57,447 bases of DNA, taken from positions 1-57,447 of IMG/VR virus record IMGVR_UViG_3300012931_000003; one strand, 5' to 3'. Below, in pieces: positions 27,902-38,032 of this stretch. This stretch comes from a virus. Its lineage: Duplodnaviria; Caudoviricetes. A program made the translations under genes and the position numbers. Under the pieces are notes generated by a model, which was not told the DNA's origin, did not search any database, and saw only the letters and a program-made list of their open reading frames with translations. Position 1 is the first letter of the stretch, and the number at the start of each line of letters is the position of its first letter.

Positions 27902-28336
27902 ATGGCAGACATCAACCATGTAACCATAGTAGGAAGACTAACCAGGGACGCCGAACTCAATTACACAGCCACCGGTCAGCCGGTATGCAAATTTTCCATT
28001 GCCGTTAACCGACAGAGAAAAGAAGGAGATAAGTGGGTCGATGAGGCCAGCTTTTTCGATGTAACCCTATGGGGGAAGCGCGGAGAATCTGTGAACCAGT
28101 ACTTATTGAAGGGTAAACAGATCGGTGTTGAAGGGGAACTTCGCCAGGACCGATGGATTAAGGAAGGTCAGAACCGATCCAAAGTGGAAATCATGGCTAC
28201 CAACGTCCAACTTCTGGGCGGTGGAAATAAGGACTCGCAGTCTTCGCCTTCTGCTCAGCCGGAAAAGAGCGCAAACGCGTCGTCAACTGCTAGCGGCAAT
28301 TCCGACGAAGGATTTGCAGACGAAATTCCGTTCTGA
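27902..28336 (+). CDS. ssb: Single-stranded DNA-binding protein
   Basis: NHVTIVGRLTRDAEL OB-fold N-terminus; acidic DEIPF tail. Confidence 0.97.
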   Translation: MADINHVTIVGRLTRDAELNYTATGQPVCKFSIAVNRQRKEGDKWVDEASFFDVTLWGKRGESVNQYLLKGKQIGVEGELRQDRWIKEGQNRSKVEIMATNVQLLGGGNKDSQSSPSAQPEKSANASSTASGNSDEGFADEIPF

Positions 28337-28343
28337 TATTGTC

Positions 28344-28775
28344 ATGCAAAAAAACCGCCGTTATTGCTTGGTAGTAATACTTCCCCAGGTTTCCTTTGAG
28401 AAGCTTGGGGAGATTTGTACTAAATACAATATACTCAATCCAAAAAACCAGAATTACCCAAACGTATCCGACATCATTCGCATGATGCTTTACTACCAAA
28501 TACGTCTAAATAAAGTCAAATGTCTTTCGCCAGTTGATACTTCTCATAGATTCAAGCAGCTTTTAGACTCCATTGGTTTCGATAAAATAGAATTCAAGCC
28601 AATGAAGGATGACATAGGCCGAGATAAATGTGAAGAAAGAAGAACCATAAGAGTTACAGATTACTTGCACGAATCAGTCCTGGCTCTTTCCGATCTCTTG
28701 AAAGTGGATTACGGCGACATTGTAAGATGTTGCGCCGACTTTATTATTACTGCGTATAATGGAGGCATAAAATGA
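28344..28775 (+). CDS. Putative tandem ribbon-helix-helix protein
   Basis: NVSDIIRMML and RTIRVTDYLHESV...YGDIVR patterns. Confidence 0.45.
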   Translation: MQKNRRYCLVVILPQVSFEKLGEICTKYNILNPKNQNYPNVSDIIRMMLYYQIRLNKVKCLSPVDTSHRFKQLLDSIGFDKIEFKPMKDDIGRDKCEERRTIRVTDYLHESVLALSDLLKVDYGDIVRCCADFIITAYNGGIK

Positions 28776-30058
28776 ACCGTGAAGAATATGAGAAGGCTAA
28801 GGCTGCCGACCTAAAGGCTAACAAGATCGTAATAGACAGAGTCCCACCGAACGCCGAAGTTCCAGAAATGTTCATTGAGAAAATTACAAGATTCGAAATC
28901 ACCATGGATAAGCTCTGGAAATACCCGGATGGAAAAAAGCTCGTAACTTTCGGCGGCGGTACTATCATGATGATGCCTTCATTCTCCCAAATGCTTTCCG
29001 AGGCGGGCGGGATAATGTTGAAAGATCCGATAGTTCAAAAGGTGATGTCATATCACGAAATACCTATGCCGAGCGGCATCATCAAGAAGAACCTGTACTG
29101 CTCCCGTGTGGTAGGGAAAATAGACTACAATAAGACCACCGACTCGGGTGCAAAGCATTTCGGTTTTTACGCGAGTGAAATAGATATCGACAATCTTTTC
29201 GCTCGTCAGAACGTGAACGACCTTGAGCTTATTGGCTCAACGAAAAATGGTCGTCCGGTAACCGAAGCTGGTACGCTCTACAACACCGGAAACGAGTACA
29301 AGGACAGCGTTGCTGCTTACAAGGAAAAAATACGCCTGGGCCAACATGCCTACCAGACCCTTATTACGAGGCTTCGCTCTCATGGCGTTGAAAAAGCCCT
29401 CGGAATGGACCACCTAAAAGTTGCAAACGTCGGTGGAGTTATATACATCCAGAGGGTTACCCCTGACGCATCGAATCCAACCGTTAGGAAAATGCTGCTG
29501 GTTTCAGCCGCGAATGATATGACGGGCGGAAGCATACAGCGGCTTATCCCCGGACCGCAGGAGTCATCCGTAGTTTCGGAACCAGAGACAATCAACGTTA
29601 CCGAAAACGATATTCCGGTTACTCAGCCCGTCGAGCCTGAAGAAGAGCTTGACGTTGACGACATCCCCTCCGATGATTTAGATGAAGACGTTCCGCTGTG
29701 GCACGGAGAGGAAGAGCAACCTGCCGATGGGGGGCCACTTAAAACAGCCGTAATTTCCTGGCAGGCTTCCGAGTCGGTAAAGAATCAGATCTGCGCTGAC
29801 TTCATAGACGCCACAATCGATTCAAATGAATCAGAGGAATTCTACAAAGCCGAGATCGAGGCAATAAAACTCCTTGCTGACGGCCACGAAGATGACGGAA
29901 TTGTCGCCATGGCAGATTCAGTAAGGTTCACCAAAACTTACGCGGGCTTCAACGAAACTCAATCAAACTTCGTAAAGGAATCCGTAAGGATAAAAAAAAT
30001 AGTTAACTGTTCTGCTATTTTGCAAAACATTACCGTTTTGGTAAAAGGCAAGAAATAG
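28772..30058 (+). CDS. Unknown protein, possibly a ssDNA-annealing/recombination protein
   Basis: 428 aa; globular N-domain plus acidic linker; function inferred only from position between ssb and SbcCD. Confidence 0.35.
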   Translation: MNREEYEKAKAADLKANKIVIDRVPPNAEVPEMFIEKITRFEITMDKLWKYPDGKKLVTFGGGTIMMMPSFSQMLSEAGGIMLKDPIVQKVMSYHEIPMPSGIIKKNLYCSRVVGKIDYNKTTDSGAKHFGFYASEIDIDNLFARQNVNDLELIGSTKNGRPVTEAGTLYNTGNEYKDSVAAYKEKIRLGQHAYQTLITRLRSHGVEKALGMDHLKVANVGGVIYIQRVTPDASNPTVRKMLLVSAANDMTGGSIQRLIPGPQESSVVSEPETINVTENDIPVTQPVEPEEELDVDDIPSDDLDEDVPLWHGEEEQPADGGPLKTAVISWQASESVKNQICADFIDATIDSNESEEFYKAEIEAIKLLADGHEDDGIVAMADSVRFTKTYAGFNETQSNFVKESVRIKKIVNCSAILQNITVLVKGKK

Positions 30059-30117
30059 TTTTTAAGGTCCCGGTAACCAATGCTGGCGAAAGGGCATGTT
30101 TTTAATGGAGGCGCGTA

Positions 30118-30838
30118 ATGTCATTTAGAACGGCAAAGCCAGACGATGATAGTCCTGGTTGGTTTAAGCTAGGAATAATATGCAGCGTTAAGAATCACGG
30201 ACACAAAGAACCAATAAGGGATAACGCTATTATTGTGTGGTTCAATGATAACCACTTCATAGATGAATATGGGAATTATTGGGACGAAGCAAAACCGTGC
30301 GATTTTTGGGAGCCATTAGAAAATGAGATAGTGGCGTGTTTCGGATTCGGGAATGCGATAGAAAGCATGTCCTACCCAATGGTAGGCGTTTACCGGGCAT
30401 CTGATAACGGGCATCACATAATAAGATGCTGCTCTGTATACGAGATGATAAAATGCGATAACGTAGCACGTCTGCAATATCCAGATCATCGCGTAATAGA
30501 CTGTGCCTGCACCGTCGAAGAACTCAAGAAAAGAACCGACTGGATCTAATTTTTTACTGGAGTACGCTGTGAGCGAAATAGAAGATGGGAGAGGGATTGA
30601 ATGCCCGCAATGTGGAATGAAGTGGTTCGGATTTGTAAACAGGCGAGAGGTATGTGCATGTGGGATGTACGTAAAATGGCATGTAAAGGCATCTTCTAAT
30701 AAAAGCATGCCTGTCGCCGAGTGGATAGCGCCTGATAACCAAGAAATTGGTAAGACAGCCTCAAAAATACTTGAAGGCCAGGGCTATAAATGGGACGAAA
30801 CAAAAAAGATGTGGTTATCACCATATCTGAAGAAATAG
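30118..30838 (+). CDS. Two hypothetical genes (30118-30549; about 30570-30838 with Zn ribbon CPQC...CAC)
   Basis: ORF track and RBS. Confidence 0.5.
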
Positions 30839-30859
30839 CAAATACTACTGGAGGCAACC

Positions 30860-33800
30860 ATGTATTTCATTCACGCTCCCGAGATTCATTTTTCACCAAG
30901 CAAGGCCAAAGAGTGCCTGTATGCGCTCGAAGAAATGTACTTTCACATAGCTGGAATAAGAGCTAGGCAAGTAGTATCGCACGATCAATCAAATATCTAC
31001 GTCTTCTTTACAGGCGATCTTTACGATCATGCCATGCAGAATACCGACAGGTCAGGCTTCGTAGCTCTCCACAAGGCCCTGGAGAAGATTGCGTCGATCG
31101 CATTCGTGATATACCAGTACGGAACAAGAAGCAAGCACGACATGGAAGGGAGCTACGAAGTTCTACGCATATACGACAGGTCGGAAGTGCTGAGCGTAAA
31201 CAATCGAACATTCGCTAACGATGAAATATCCGTATTCTCATTTGAAGAGCCGCAGATGTCCGAGTTTCGCGGAGAGTCAGTCGAAGAAATATGGTCGAAC
31301 ATTCAGGCTCACGAGAAAAAGCTGTGCCTGATGGCCGCCGAGTTTTTCAGAGAAAATCCAGGCAAGCGCCACATCCTCATCGGACACGGAGCAGTTCTGT
31401 GCGATGCTACGGTGAACAACCCCGCCGTGGTATTCGGTAACTACCATGTATCAGAAACCGAACTCGCTGAAACCGGCGCCGACATCGCCTTGTGGGGCCA
31501 TCTTCACCAGCCCTACATATTCTCAAAACTCCGTGGTGGGTACACGAGATCCCTAGCTCACAACTACAGCGATTGCGGCTTCCTCCCTGGGTTCTCAGTT
31601 TACGATGATTCGTATGAGGAATCCGTAATAAGGCTCAAGGAGCTTCCGGCTCGTTTCGGGATCAACGTGAACATCCCCGATGACGGCGATCCGGTCATCG
31701 AGCTGAATAAACAGGCGGTAGCACTTCTTTCTTCAGGTGAAAAAGTTGCAATACGGCCGGACGTGAGCATTCCTCACGACATAAACGATTCAACTCACCG
31801 TAACCAAATATCAGAACTCATCCTTTCGAAATATCCTGGAGTTGTTCTTGACGCTCCGAGGATCATCGAAAGAACAGGATCGAAAGTGCGGAACGCTGAT
31901 ATCGCAAACGACACCTCGTACCGAGCGCTTTGCAAAAAAGTTTACCCTGATTGGGACGAAGAAGACCTCTTGGAAATGGACAAGCTTGAAGAGGAAGACA
32001 TCAAGGAAGGAATAATCCCCGTCAAGAAAGAAATCTCGCTGAAAAGTATATCAGCTCGCGGATATATCCCGCTGAAAAACGGTATAGGGTCGGACGAATT
32101 CAGGGTTGACTTCGACCAATACGGCAGATGCGTTCTTGGGCTTGTAGCTCCCGGAGGATTCGGGAAATCATCCACAGGAGATCTCGTATTTCCGCACCCT
32201 GAATGCCTATCTCAGCCAGAGAGCAAAGCGAATCTTTTCTTCCTTCAGGATTCATACATCATCAACAAATTCGACGTTGATGGTCACGACGTAGAGTGCA
32301 AAATCATCGGCGGGCCAGAAGGAAAAGGAGCCGCATATTTCTGCTACGTTGACGGGCAGGAAAAGTGCAAGAAGGGAGTCCGCGAGTATAAGGAAGTAGT
32401 AAACTCCATATTTGGTACCATTCATGAATTCGCGCTTGTTATGTCGAGAACTCAGTTCAAGTTTGCGCGCGTGGTTGATGGGGCTAACTGTAACCCTGAC
32501 ATAAAGTACGCCGCGAACAAGGAAATGAAGGATCTTTACGCTCCACTGTGCGGAAGCGACAAGACAAAAACCATGCTTCGCTGCAAGGCTCGCGCGGACG
32601 AGTTCAAGAAGACTTACGAGCGCCTTGAGCACGAGATATCTGGCATCCGGTCTAGCATAGATAATCTCGTAACATCAACAGGAGACATTAATCTGCTTAC
32701 TGATGAACTTATAGAAAAAGAAGACGATCTGTCAGTAATAAGAGAAGGTCTTGAAATAATAATCTGTAATGGAAAGGACGCAGCCGCAAACATCGAATCG
32801 GCAAGGTCGGCATCAAAGAAAAACGAAGCAGAAAAGGAAAAACGCAGGACTGACATCACGAAGATGTCTGAGCTTTCCGTCAAGGCGGAAGAGTGCTCAG
32901 GAAAGATCAAGGCTCTGTCTGAAAAGTCTCAGAAACTCGAATCGAACAAGAAACTCATAGCAGAGGACGACCAGCGCATAGAGTTCAATTCTTCGAATGA
33001 GTCCTCCGGGGTCAGGAACTCAGAGCTCAGGAACAAGTACGACGCAGAACTAAACGCGTGGAATACGAAGCTTTCATCGGTAAGAACGGAGGTTTCGTCC
33101 AGGAATGATGCTCTCATGGCTAAGTTTAGGGCTGAGTCTTCGAAGGCCCTTGAAGAACACTCAGCGCTTGTCCGTAAGTACAACTCCGATCTTTCAGAAT
33201 GGAACGCAGAGCTTGAGCGAGTGCAATCAGAAGCACGCAAAAAAAACACGTATGAGGCAAAGAAGTACGAAGACGCCATCCGTATTTACCGACAAGCAAA
33301 ACAGTCGGCAGAAATGTCGATCAACGAATCAGAGCACAAGATATCGGTAAACTCTTCATCTTGCCCAAATTGCGGGTATATCAGCCCCGACGCTAAAAAA
33401 ATCATCGAGGATGAGGCTAGAAATATAGAAGCAAAGCGCTCGGAGCTTGCTTCACTTTTTGAGCCTGTTGCTCCGTCCGAAGTCATAGTACCGGCAACCC
33501 TCGACAGGCCAAAACCATTGCCTGTAGCGGAATACGTTGCTCCTGCTGAACCAGTCCTAGAACCTATTCCTGAATCCATAGAAGATCCCAAGCCTTCGGA
33601 GCCTCAGTACGAGCCGGTAGCCCAGGCTATTCCTGCTTCAATCGACCGGGCTTCTGTCTTGCGCGAGATTGAGGAGGCGTCTGGAGCCTCGTCGTCAATA
33701 GCAACACTGGAAGATCTTCGGACTTCCATCAATGATCAGATAGACGAACTCCAGTCCCGAAGGTATGACATCGACGAAAGCGCCGAAGAGAAACTCAGGA

Positions 33801-34492
33801 TGGCCGAGGCTGAAAAATCAAGGCTTGAGACCCTGTATCTTTCAAAGATGTCGGAATCGAAGAGCATGGAATCATCCGTGTCTTCCATAAAGGAAAAAAT
33901 CGCGGCTGCGAAGCAGAGCGAAGATAGCCTCAATGCTCTCAAAAAGAATATGTCAGACAAGTCACTCGAAAAAGAATCGGCTGAGACTCTTCACCTTCGC
34001 TGGAAGAAATATCAGGCAGCCTGGGACCGAAACGGAATACCCGCGCGGTTCGTAGAACTTGCCGCCCCAATGATAGATTCGATGGCGAACGAGATTCTTT
34101 CTCAGTTCTATCCCGACATGTTCATCGAGACTTGCACTACGAAGGAAGATTCAAATGGAGAAACAGCCGACACGTTCGAAGTTATGGTGTATAACACCAG
34201 AGAAGGAACAAAACAGAAACTTTCGTCACTCTCAGGAGAGCAAACAAACTTTGTTCTTTCCGCAATGTTCTTCGCATTCAGAAAGAAGTACGAAGAAAAC
34301 ACCGGTCGCAAGATCAACTTCGTATTCGAGGATGAACAGGATGACCATGTTTCGCTTTTAATGCAGCCTGCGTACTGGAACATGGTGCAATACCAGCAGC
34401 AGCTTGAAAACAAGTTGCGTATATGCACTTCTCACTCTGCCGAGTTCCCGAATAGGATTGAGAACGTGATAGATTTGGAGGCTATGAAATGA
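30860..34492 (+). CDS. Fused SbcD(Mre11)-SbcC(Rad50) nuclease-ATPase
   Basis: Metallophosphoesterase motifs EIH, GDLYD, KHD, GH, GHLH; Walker A APGGFGKSS; coiled coil with CPNC zinc hook; LSGEQ signature; FVFEDE Walker B; TSH. Confidence 0.88.
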   Translation: MYFIHAPEIHFSPSKAKECLYALEEMYFHIAGIRARQVVSHDQSNIYVFFTGDLYDHAMQNTDRSGFVALHKALEKIASIAFVIYQYGTRSKHDMEGSYEVLRIYDRSEVLSVNNRTFANDEISVFSFEEPQMSEFRGESVEEIWSNIQAHEKKLCLMAAEFFRENPGKRHILIGHGAVLCDATVNNPAVVFGNYHVSETELAETGADIALWGHLHQPYIFSKLRGGYTRSLAHNYSDCGFLPGFSVYDDSYEESVIRLKELPARFGINVNIPDDGDPVIELNKQAVALLSSGEKVAIRPDVSIPHDINDSTHRNQISELILSKYPGVVLDAPRIIERTGSKVRNADIANDTSYRALCKKVYPDWDEEDLLEMDKLEEEDIKEGIIPVKKEISLKSISARGYIPLKNGIGSDEFRVDFDQYGRCVLGLVAPGGFGKSSTGDLVFPHPECLSQPESKANLFFLQDSYIINKFDVDGHDVECKIIGGPEGKGAAYFCYVDGQEKCKKGVREYKEVVNSIFGTIHEFALVMSRTQFKFARVVDGANCNPDIKYAANKEMKDLYAPLCGSDKTKTMLRCKARADEFKKTYERLEHEISGIRSSIDNLVTSTGDINLLTDELIEKEDDLSVIREGLEIIICNGKDAAANIESARSASKKNEAEKEKRRTDITKMSELSVKAEECSGKIKALSEKSQKLESNKKLIAEDDQRIEFNSSNESSGVRNSELRNKYDAELNAWNTKLSSVRTEVSSRNDALMAKFRAESSKALEEHSALVRKYNSDLSEWNAELERVQSEARKKNTYEAKKYEDAIRIYRQAKQSAEMSINESEHKISVNSSSCPNCGYISPDAKKIIEDEARNIEAKRSELASLFEPVAPSEVIVPATLDRPKPLPVAEYVAPAEPVLEPIPESIEDPKPSEPQYEPVAQAIPASIDRASVLREIEEASGASSSIATLEDLRTSINDQIDELQSRRYDIDESAEEKLRMAEAEKSRLETLYLSKMSESKSMESSVSSIKEKIAAAKQSEDSLNALKKNMSDKSLEKESAETLHLRWKKYQAAWDRNGIPARFVELAAPMIDSMANEILSQFYPDMFIETCTTKEDSNGETADTFEVMVYNTREGTKQKLSSLSGEQTNFVLSAMFFAFRKKYEENTGRKINFVFEDEQDDHVSLLMQPAYWNMVQYQQQLENKLRICTSHSAEFPNRIENVIDLEAMK

Positions 34493-34701
34493 ACGTAAAT
34501 AAGGAAACTATAAACAAAAAGGTAACAACAGCTTTTATCTCAGAAGAAGAAATAAAAGAATTGATATCTTCGCATGTGATGAAATCACAATCAATAGAAA
34601 AAGACAGCGTTAAGGTTAGGTCGACGGTTACGATATTAAACGAAGACTCATCAACTGGATTTCATCCAAAAGCCAAAGTTGTAATAGAGGAATATGAATG
34701 A
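34489..34701 (+). CDS. Hypothetical protein
   Basis: ATGA overlaps on both sides. Confidence 0.55.
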   Translation: MNVNKETINKKVTTAFISEEEIKELISSHVMKSQSIEKDSVKVRSTVTILNEDSSTGFHPKAKVVIEEYE

Positions 34702-34988
34702 GATTCATTCTGACTGACAAGCAGCGCGATGTGCTTGACGAAATAAAAAGAATAAAGCTTACAGGTCGAGAACCTACAATTCTCGGCCTGTCAACTAAGT
34801 TCAAAATATCTCGATCCTCCATTAAATCTCATTGCAGGGCAATATGCGATAAGGGGTATATGCGAATGGAGATGGTTGAGATAGCTACCAGGGGAATTCC
34901 GTCTAAGTTGAAATTCACTGTGCTTGAAGAAAGCCTTGCTATGGATATAGTAAGAAAAATGAAGGATGGAAATAATGGGAATGGGTAA
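34698..34988 (+). CDS. LexA-type N-terminal winged-HTH protein (no peptidase domain)
   Basis: LTDKQRDVLDEI...PTILGL...SIKSHCRAICDKGY. Confidence 0.7.
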   Translation: MRFILTDKQRDVLDEIKRIKLTGREPTILGLSTKFKISRSSIKSHCRAICDKGYMRMEMVEIATRGIPSKLKFTVLEESLAMDIVRKMKDGNNGNG

Positions 34989-35571
34989 GCCTTACGCATC
35001 ACGCAAGCCAATGTGGGAACATCCAGAATCAGACTTCTATGAGACTCCATATTCGCTAATATGGGAGCTTGCAAATCATACAGACGAGCTAAAAGGATTT
35101 TCAAAATTCAGAGACCCTTGCTGCGGAAAACACAATATTAAAACATCATTAGAATCAAGTTCTCTTGACAAAATATTCGATGTATCAGAAGACGACCTAA
35201 GCATAAATGGATACGACTTCCTTGACGACGAATCAAAGCACGGATTCATAATATCAAATCCTCCATTTTCACTTTTCGATGAATTTGTATTTCACGCAAA
35301 GGCTGTATCAGAGAAGGTAGCTTTCATTGGAAGGCCGGACGCATTCGGAGCATACAAAAGAAATGACGCAGGTCTGTGGAAAAATCTAAAATCATGCTAC
35401 ATCTTTGACAGAAAAGTTGACTACCGTACCCCTCATAGAGAAGACGGGTTGTTTCACGTTGGGGCTATGGTGACGTGCTGGCTTATATGGGATATGTCAT
35501 ATAAAGGAAAGCCATCTCTTGAAGTATTGCGAGTCAACAAATACGCTAAACTTGGTCCGTTCGAGGAGTAA
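34966..35571 (+). CDS. DNA amino-methyltransferase (N6-adenine-type)
   Basis: DFYETP, DPCCG, ISNPPF. Confidence 0.8.
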   Translation: MEIMGMGKPYASRKPMWEHPESDFYETPYSLIWELANHTDELKGFSKFRDPCCGKHNIKTSLESSSLDKIFDVSEDDLSINGYDFLDDESKHGFIISNPPFSLFDEFVFHAKAVSEKVAFIGRPDAFGAYKRNDAGLWKNLKSCYIFDRKVDYRTPHREDGLFHVGAMVTCWLIWDMSYKGKPSLEVLRVNKYAKLGPFEE

Positions 35572-35573
35572 TT

Positions 35574-36092
35574 ATGCCAATAACTAAATGGACAAAAGAT
35601 GATGCAGAATGGTTGTCTAAGATTATGATAATGTTCTCAAATGGAGAAATAACCACTCTAAGCGAAACTCAAAAAAAGAGATTTGATCTTTACGCAAAAA
35701 GGATAGCTTCTTCTGCTGTTAAGATAAAACCTCGCTCTGCAAAAAACAAGGGTGCTTCCTGGCAGAAGGATGTAGCCAGAGAGTTGTCCGAAATAACAGA
35801 AGTTCCATTCGACAACCAGAGCGACCAGAGCGAGATCCTATGCAGGACTATGGGGTGTTCTGGAAACGACATCATCCTGCGCGGAAAGGCCCTTGAGCGC
35901 TTTCCATTTGGAACGGAGTGCAAGGACCAGAACAACGTATCGCTTCCAGACTGGTGCCGTCAGGCTGCTTCAAATGAAATAAACGGAAAATGGATGCTGT
36001 TCATAAAGTCAGCACTTTTGGATGAGCCTATCGTTGCATTCCCAATGAGACTGCTGAAGGAATACTTCAAGAAAGAATTTGGGAGGTGGTGA
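35574..36092 (+). CDS. Holliday junction resolvase (Hjc-like PD-(D/E)XK)
   Basis: SAKNKGASWQ, GNDII, ECK motifs. Confidence 0.7.
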   Translation: MPITKWTKDDAEWLSKIMIMFSNGEITTLSETQKKRFDLYAKRIASSAVKIKPRSAKNKGASWQKDVARELSEITEVPFDNQSDQSEILCRTMGCSGNDIILRGKALERFPFGTECKDQNNVSLPDWCRQAASNEINGKWMLFIKSALLDEPIVAFPMRLLKEYFKKEFGRW

Positions 36093-36386
36093 ATGTCTGA
36101 CTTTTCAAATATAACGTCTATCAAGAGTATAAGAAAAGATAGGCATTGCTTCCTATGCCTAAGGAAAACAGAAGCCGGTAACCACATGAACAAATGGACC
36201 GGAAGATACGAAGGAAGCTTTTTCAGTGATTATATATGCGATACATGCGAAAAACTAACTCATATAATAGACGATTATGGAGACGGATTCAGCCAGGGTG
36301 ACACCCTTGAATATATGGATAGTCATGGAGTTAAAACTCCAGAAGATCTACTTGAGAAGTTGCGATCTGTTGGTACTTGTAAATAA
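36093..36386 (+). CDS. Hypothetical Zn-binding protein
   Basis: RKDRHCFLC...CDTC. Confidence 0.55.
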   Translation: MSDFSNITSIKSIRKDRHCFLCLRKTEAGNHMNKWTGRYEGSFFSDYICDTCEKLTHIIDDYGDGFSQGDTLEYMDSHGVKTPEDLLEKLRSVGTCK

Positions 36387-36407
36387 ATACCTAGATTTAG
36401 CAACGAA

Positions 36408-37560
36408 TCACAATTTTCTATACAGTGAATCATTCCTATCATAAAGAACATACCTTCCTTTGAAATGCCTTCTAAGCATTCTCAGGAAAGTATCTACATA
36501 CATATCTTTGCAATCAGGAAACAGGCTTGTGCATTCGTTCCTTAAATCTACTCCAAAGAAGAAGTGCCCGTTTTCCCATCTTTTGAATACCATTTTCACC
36601 GCTTCCGTCATGCTTGTTATCTTCTCTGACATACAACGCCTCCTTGGAAATATCTTCAAGTTTTCCAATGTAGTCAGTTAGCATATTCAATCTACCGACA
36701 GTATCAGATCTATTATCTGCTATGGACTTATTTCTCCATTTATCAATCCACGCATGAAGATCGTTTTTTAACGTATTGTCATTATTTATTTTTAACTCTC
36801 TGTATGAATATTCTTCATTTTTTTTCTTCTTGGAATCATACAGAACTGAAACTTCAAGCAATGTGGCCCTTATTATGAAAAACACCCATATAATTATTCT
36901 TACGTCAACTCCAGTCTTATCAGCAATTATCTGGAATTGAGTCATAGATTCATCTGAAACATTCTCAGACTCATATTTTAGCAATTCTTTTTGATAATAG
37001 TCTCTAAATGATATGTAATCTTTTAGTATATCTGTTTCTTTTTGAGGAACTAATTTATCAGGCGTGTCCCTAATTCTCTTTTCCTGCATTAATATCAAAT
37101 CTTCCTGTTTTTTAATATTATCTTTTAGGCTAAGAACGTATGATTTATTTGTTTCTTTGTATGATGCCTTCAACGTCTCAGAGACAGAGCTGCCAACAAA
37201 TGCTATCATTGAAATGATGATAAATATTGAAGCCATAAGCCTCTTTCCATCATCCCATAGCTGGACTCTCTTTACATCGAACACAACTCCAGATATTCCA
37301 TTGAACCAGTAAAAGAACAAATTGCTTCCAGCAAGAGATGAATAAAATAGAAATGACATCATGGCAGACATAATAAAAGCTATAAGCCTATTCGACCCAT
37401 AAAAAAGTGATTTTATCTTTTCCATAATTGTTACGCAAGATCTATATCATTCCCGATCTCATCTTCCTCAATATCTACCGGGATATCAGCCTCTTCTTCA
37501 GGCTTGATATTGACATCCTGCAAAGCCTCCTTTTCTTTTTTCGGGAATATCTTGAACATT
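36408..37560 (-). CDS. Three - strand genes: 36408-36632, multi-TM/coiled-coil protein 36514-37425, small acidic protein about 37431-37559
   Basis: ORF track; hydrophobic helices in 36514-37425. Confidence 0.5.
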
Positions 37561-37622
37561 TTTATCCTTAACTCTTGATTATACATGATTATATCTCCAG
37601 ATATGTCAAAAGTCAATTGGCA

Positions 37623-37651
37623 TTGACGATAGATACAGTTGAATATATCAT
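37623..37651 (+). promoter_or_regulatory. Promoter of the packaging/head operon
   Basis: TTGACG-17-TATCAT followed by an AAGGA RBS. Confidence 0.65.
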
Positions 37652-37663
37652 ACATTCAAAGGA

Positions 37664-38032
37664 TTGAATATGGCAAATTCGATAAAACTGTCCAGGGCAA
37701 TGCAGAAAACAATTGTTAGTTCTCTGAAAGACGCCATGCAGATACATGAGCAATTCGTGGACAGGAATGGTGAGTTCGTAGATGCCTCACTTAGCGAAAT
37801 AGCGTCAGCTCTTATCATAGAAGAGGCAATGCCGTTTGATGAAGATAAAGGAGTTCGAGTTCTTGGAAATTACAAAATACTAAAAGATATACTTGACGCT
37901 ACTAGAGAGGAGGAGGGGGACGAAAATAGTCTTGATGCAGCTCTCGAAAGAGTTGTTAATAGGATTTCAGAAAGAAAAAAAGAAAATTTAATAGCAGCGC
38001 AAGAAGATGTTATTGATGCGGAAATAGAATGA
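37664..38032 (+). CDS. Probable terminase small subunit
   Basis: Size, and position overlapping the terL start. Confidence 0.5.
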   Translation: MNMANSIKLSRAMQKTIVSSLKDAMQIHEQFVDRNGEFVDASLSEIASALIIEEAMPFDEDKGVRVLGNYKILKDILDATREEEGDENSLDAALERVVNRISERKKENLIAAQEDVIDAEIE

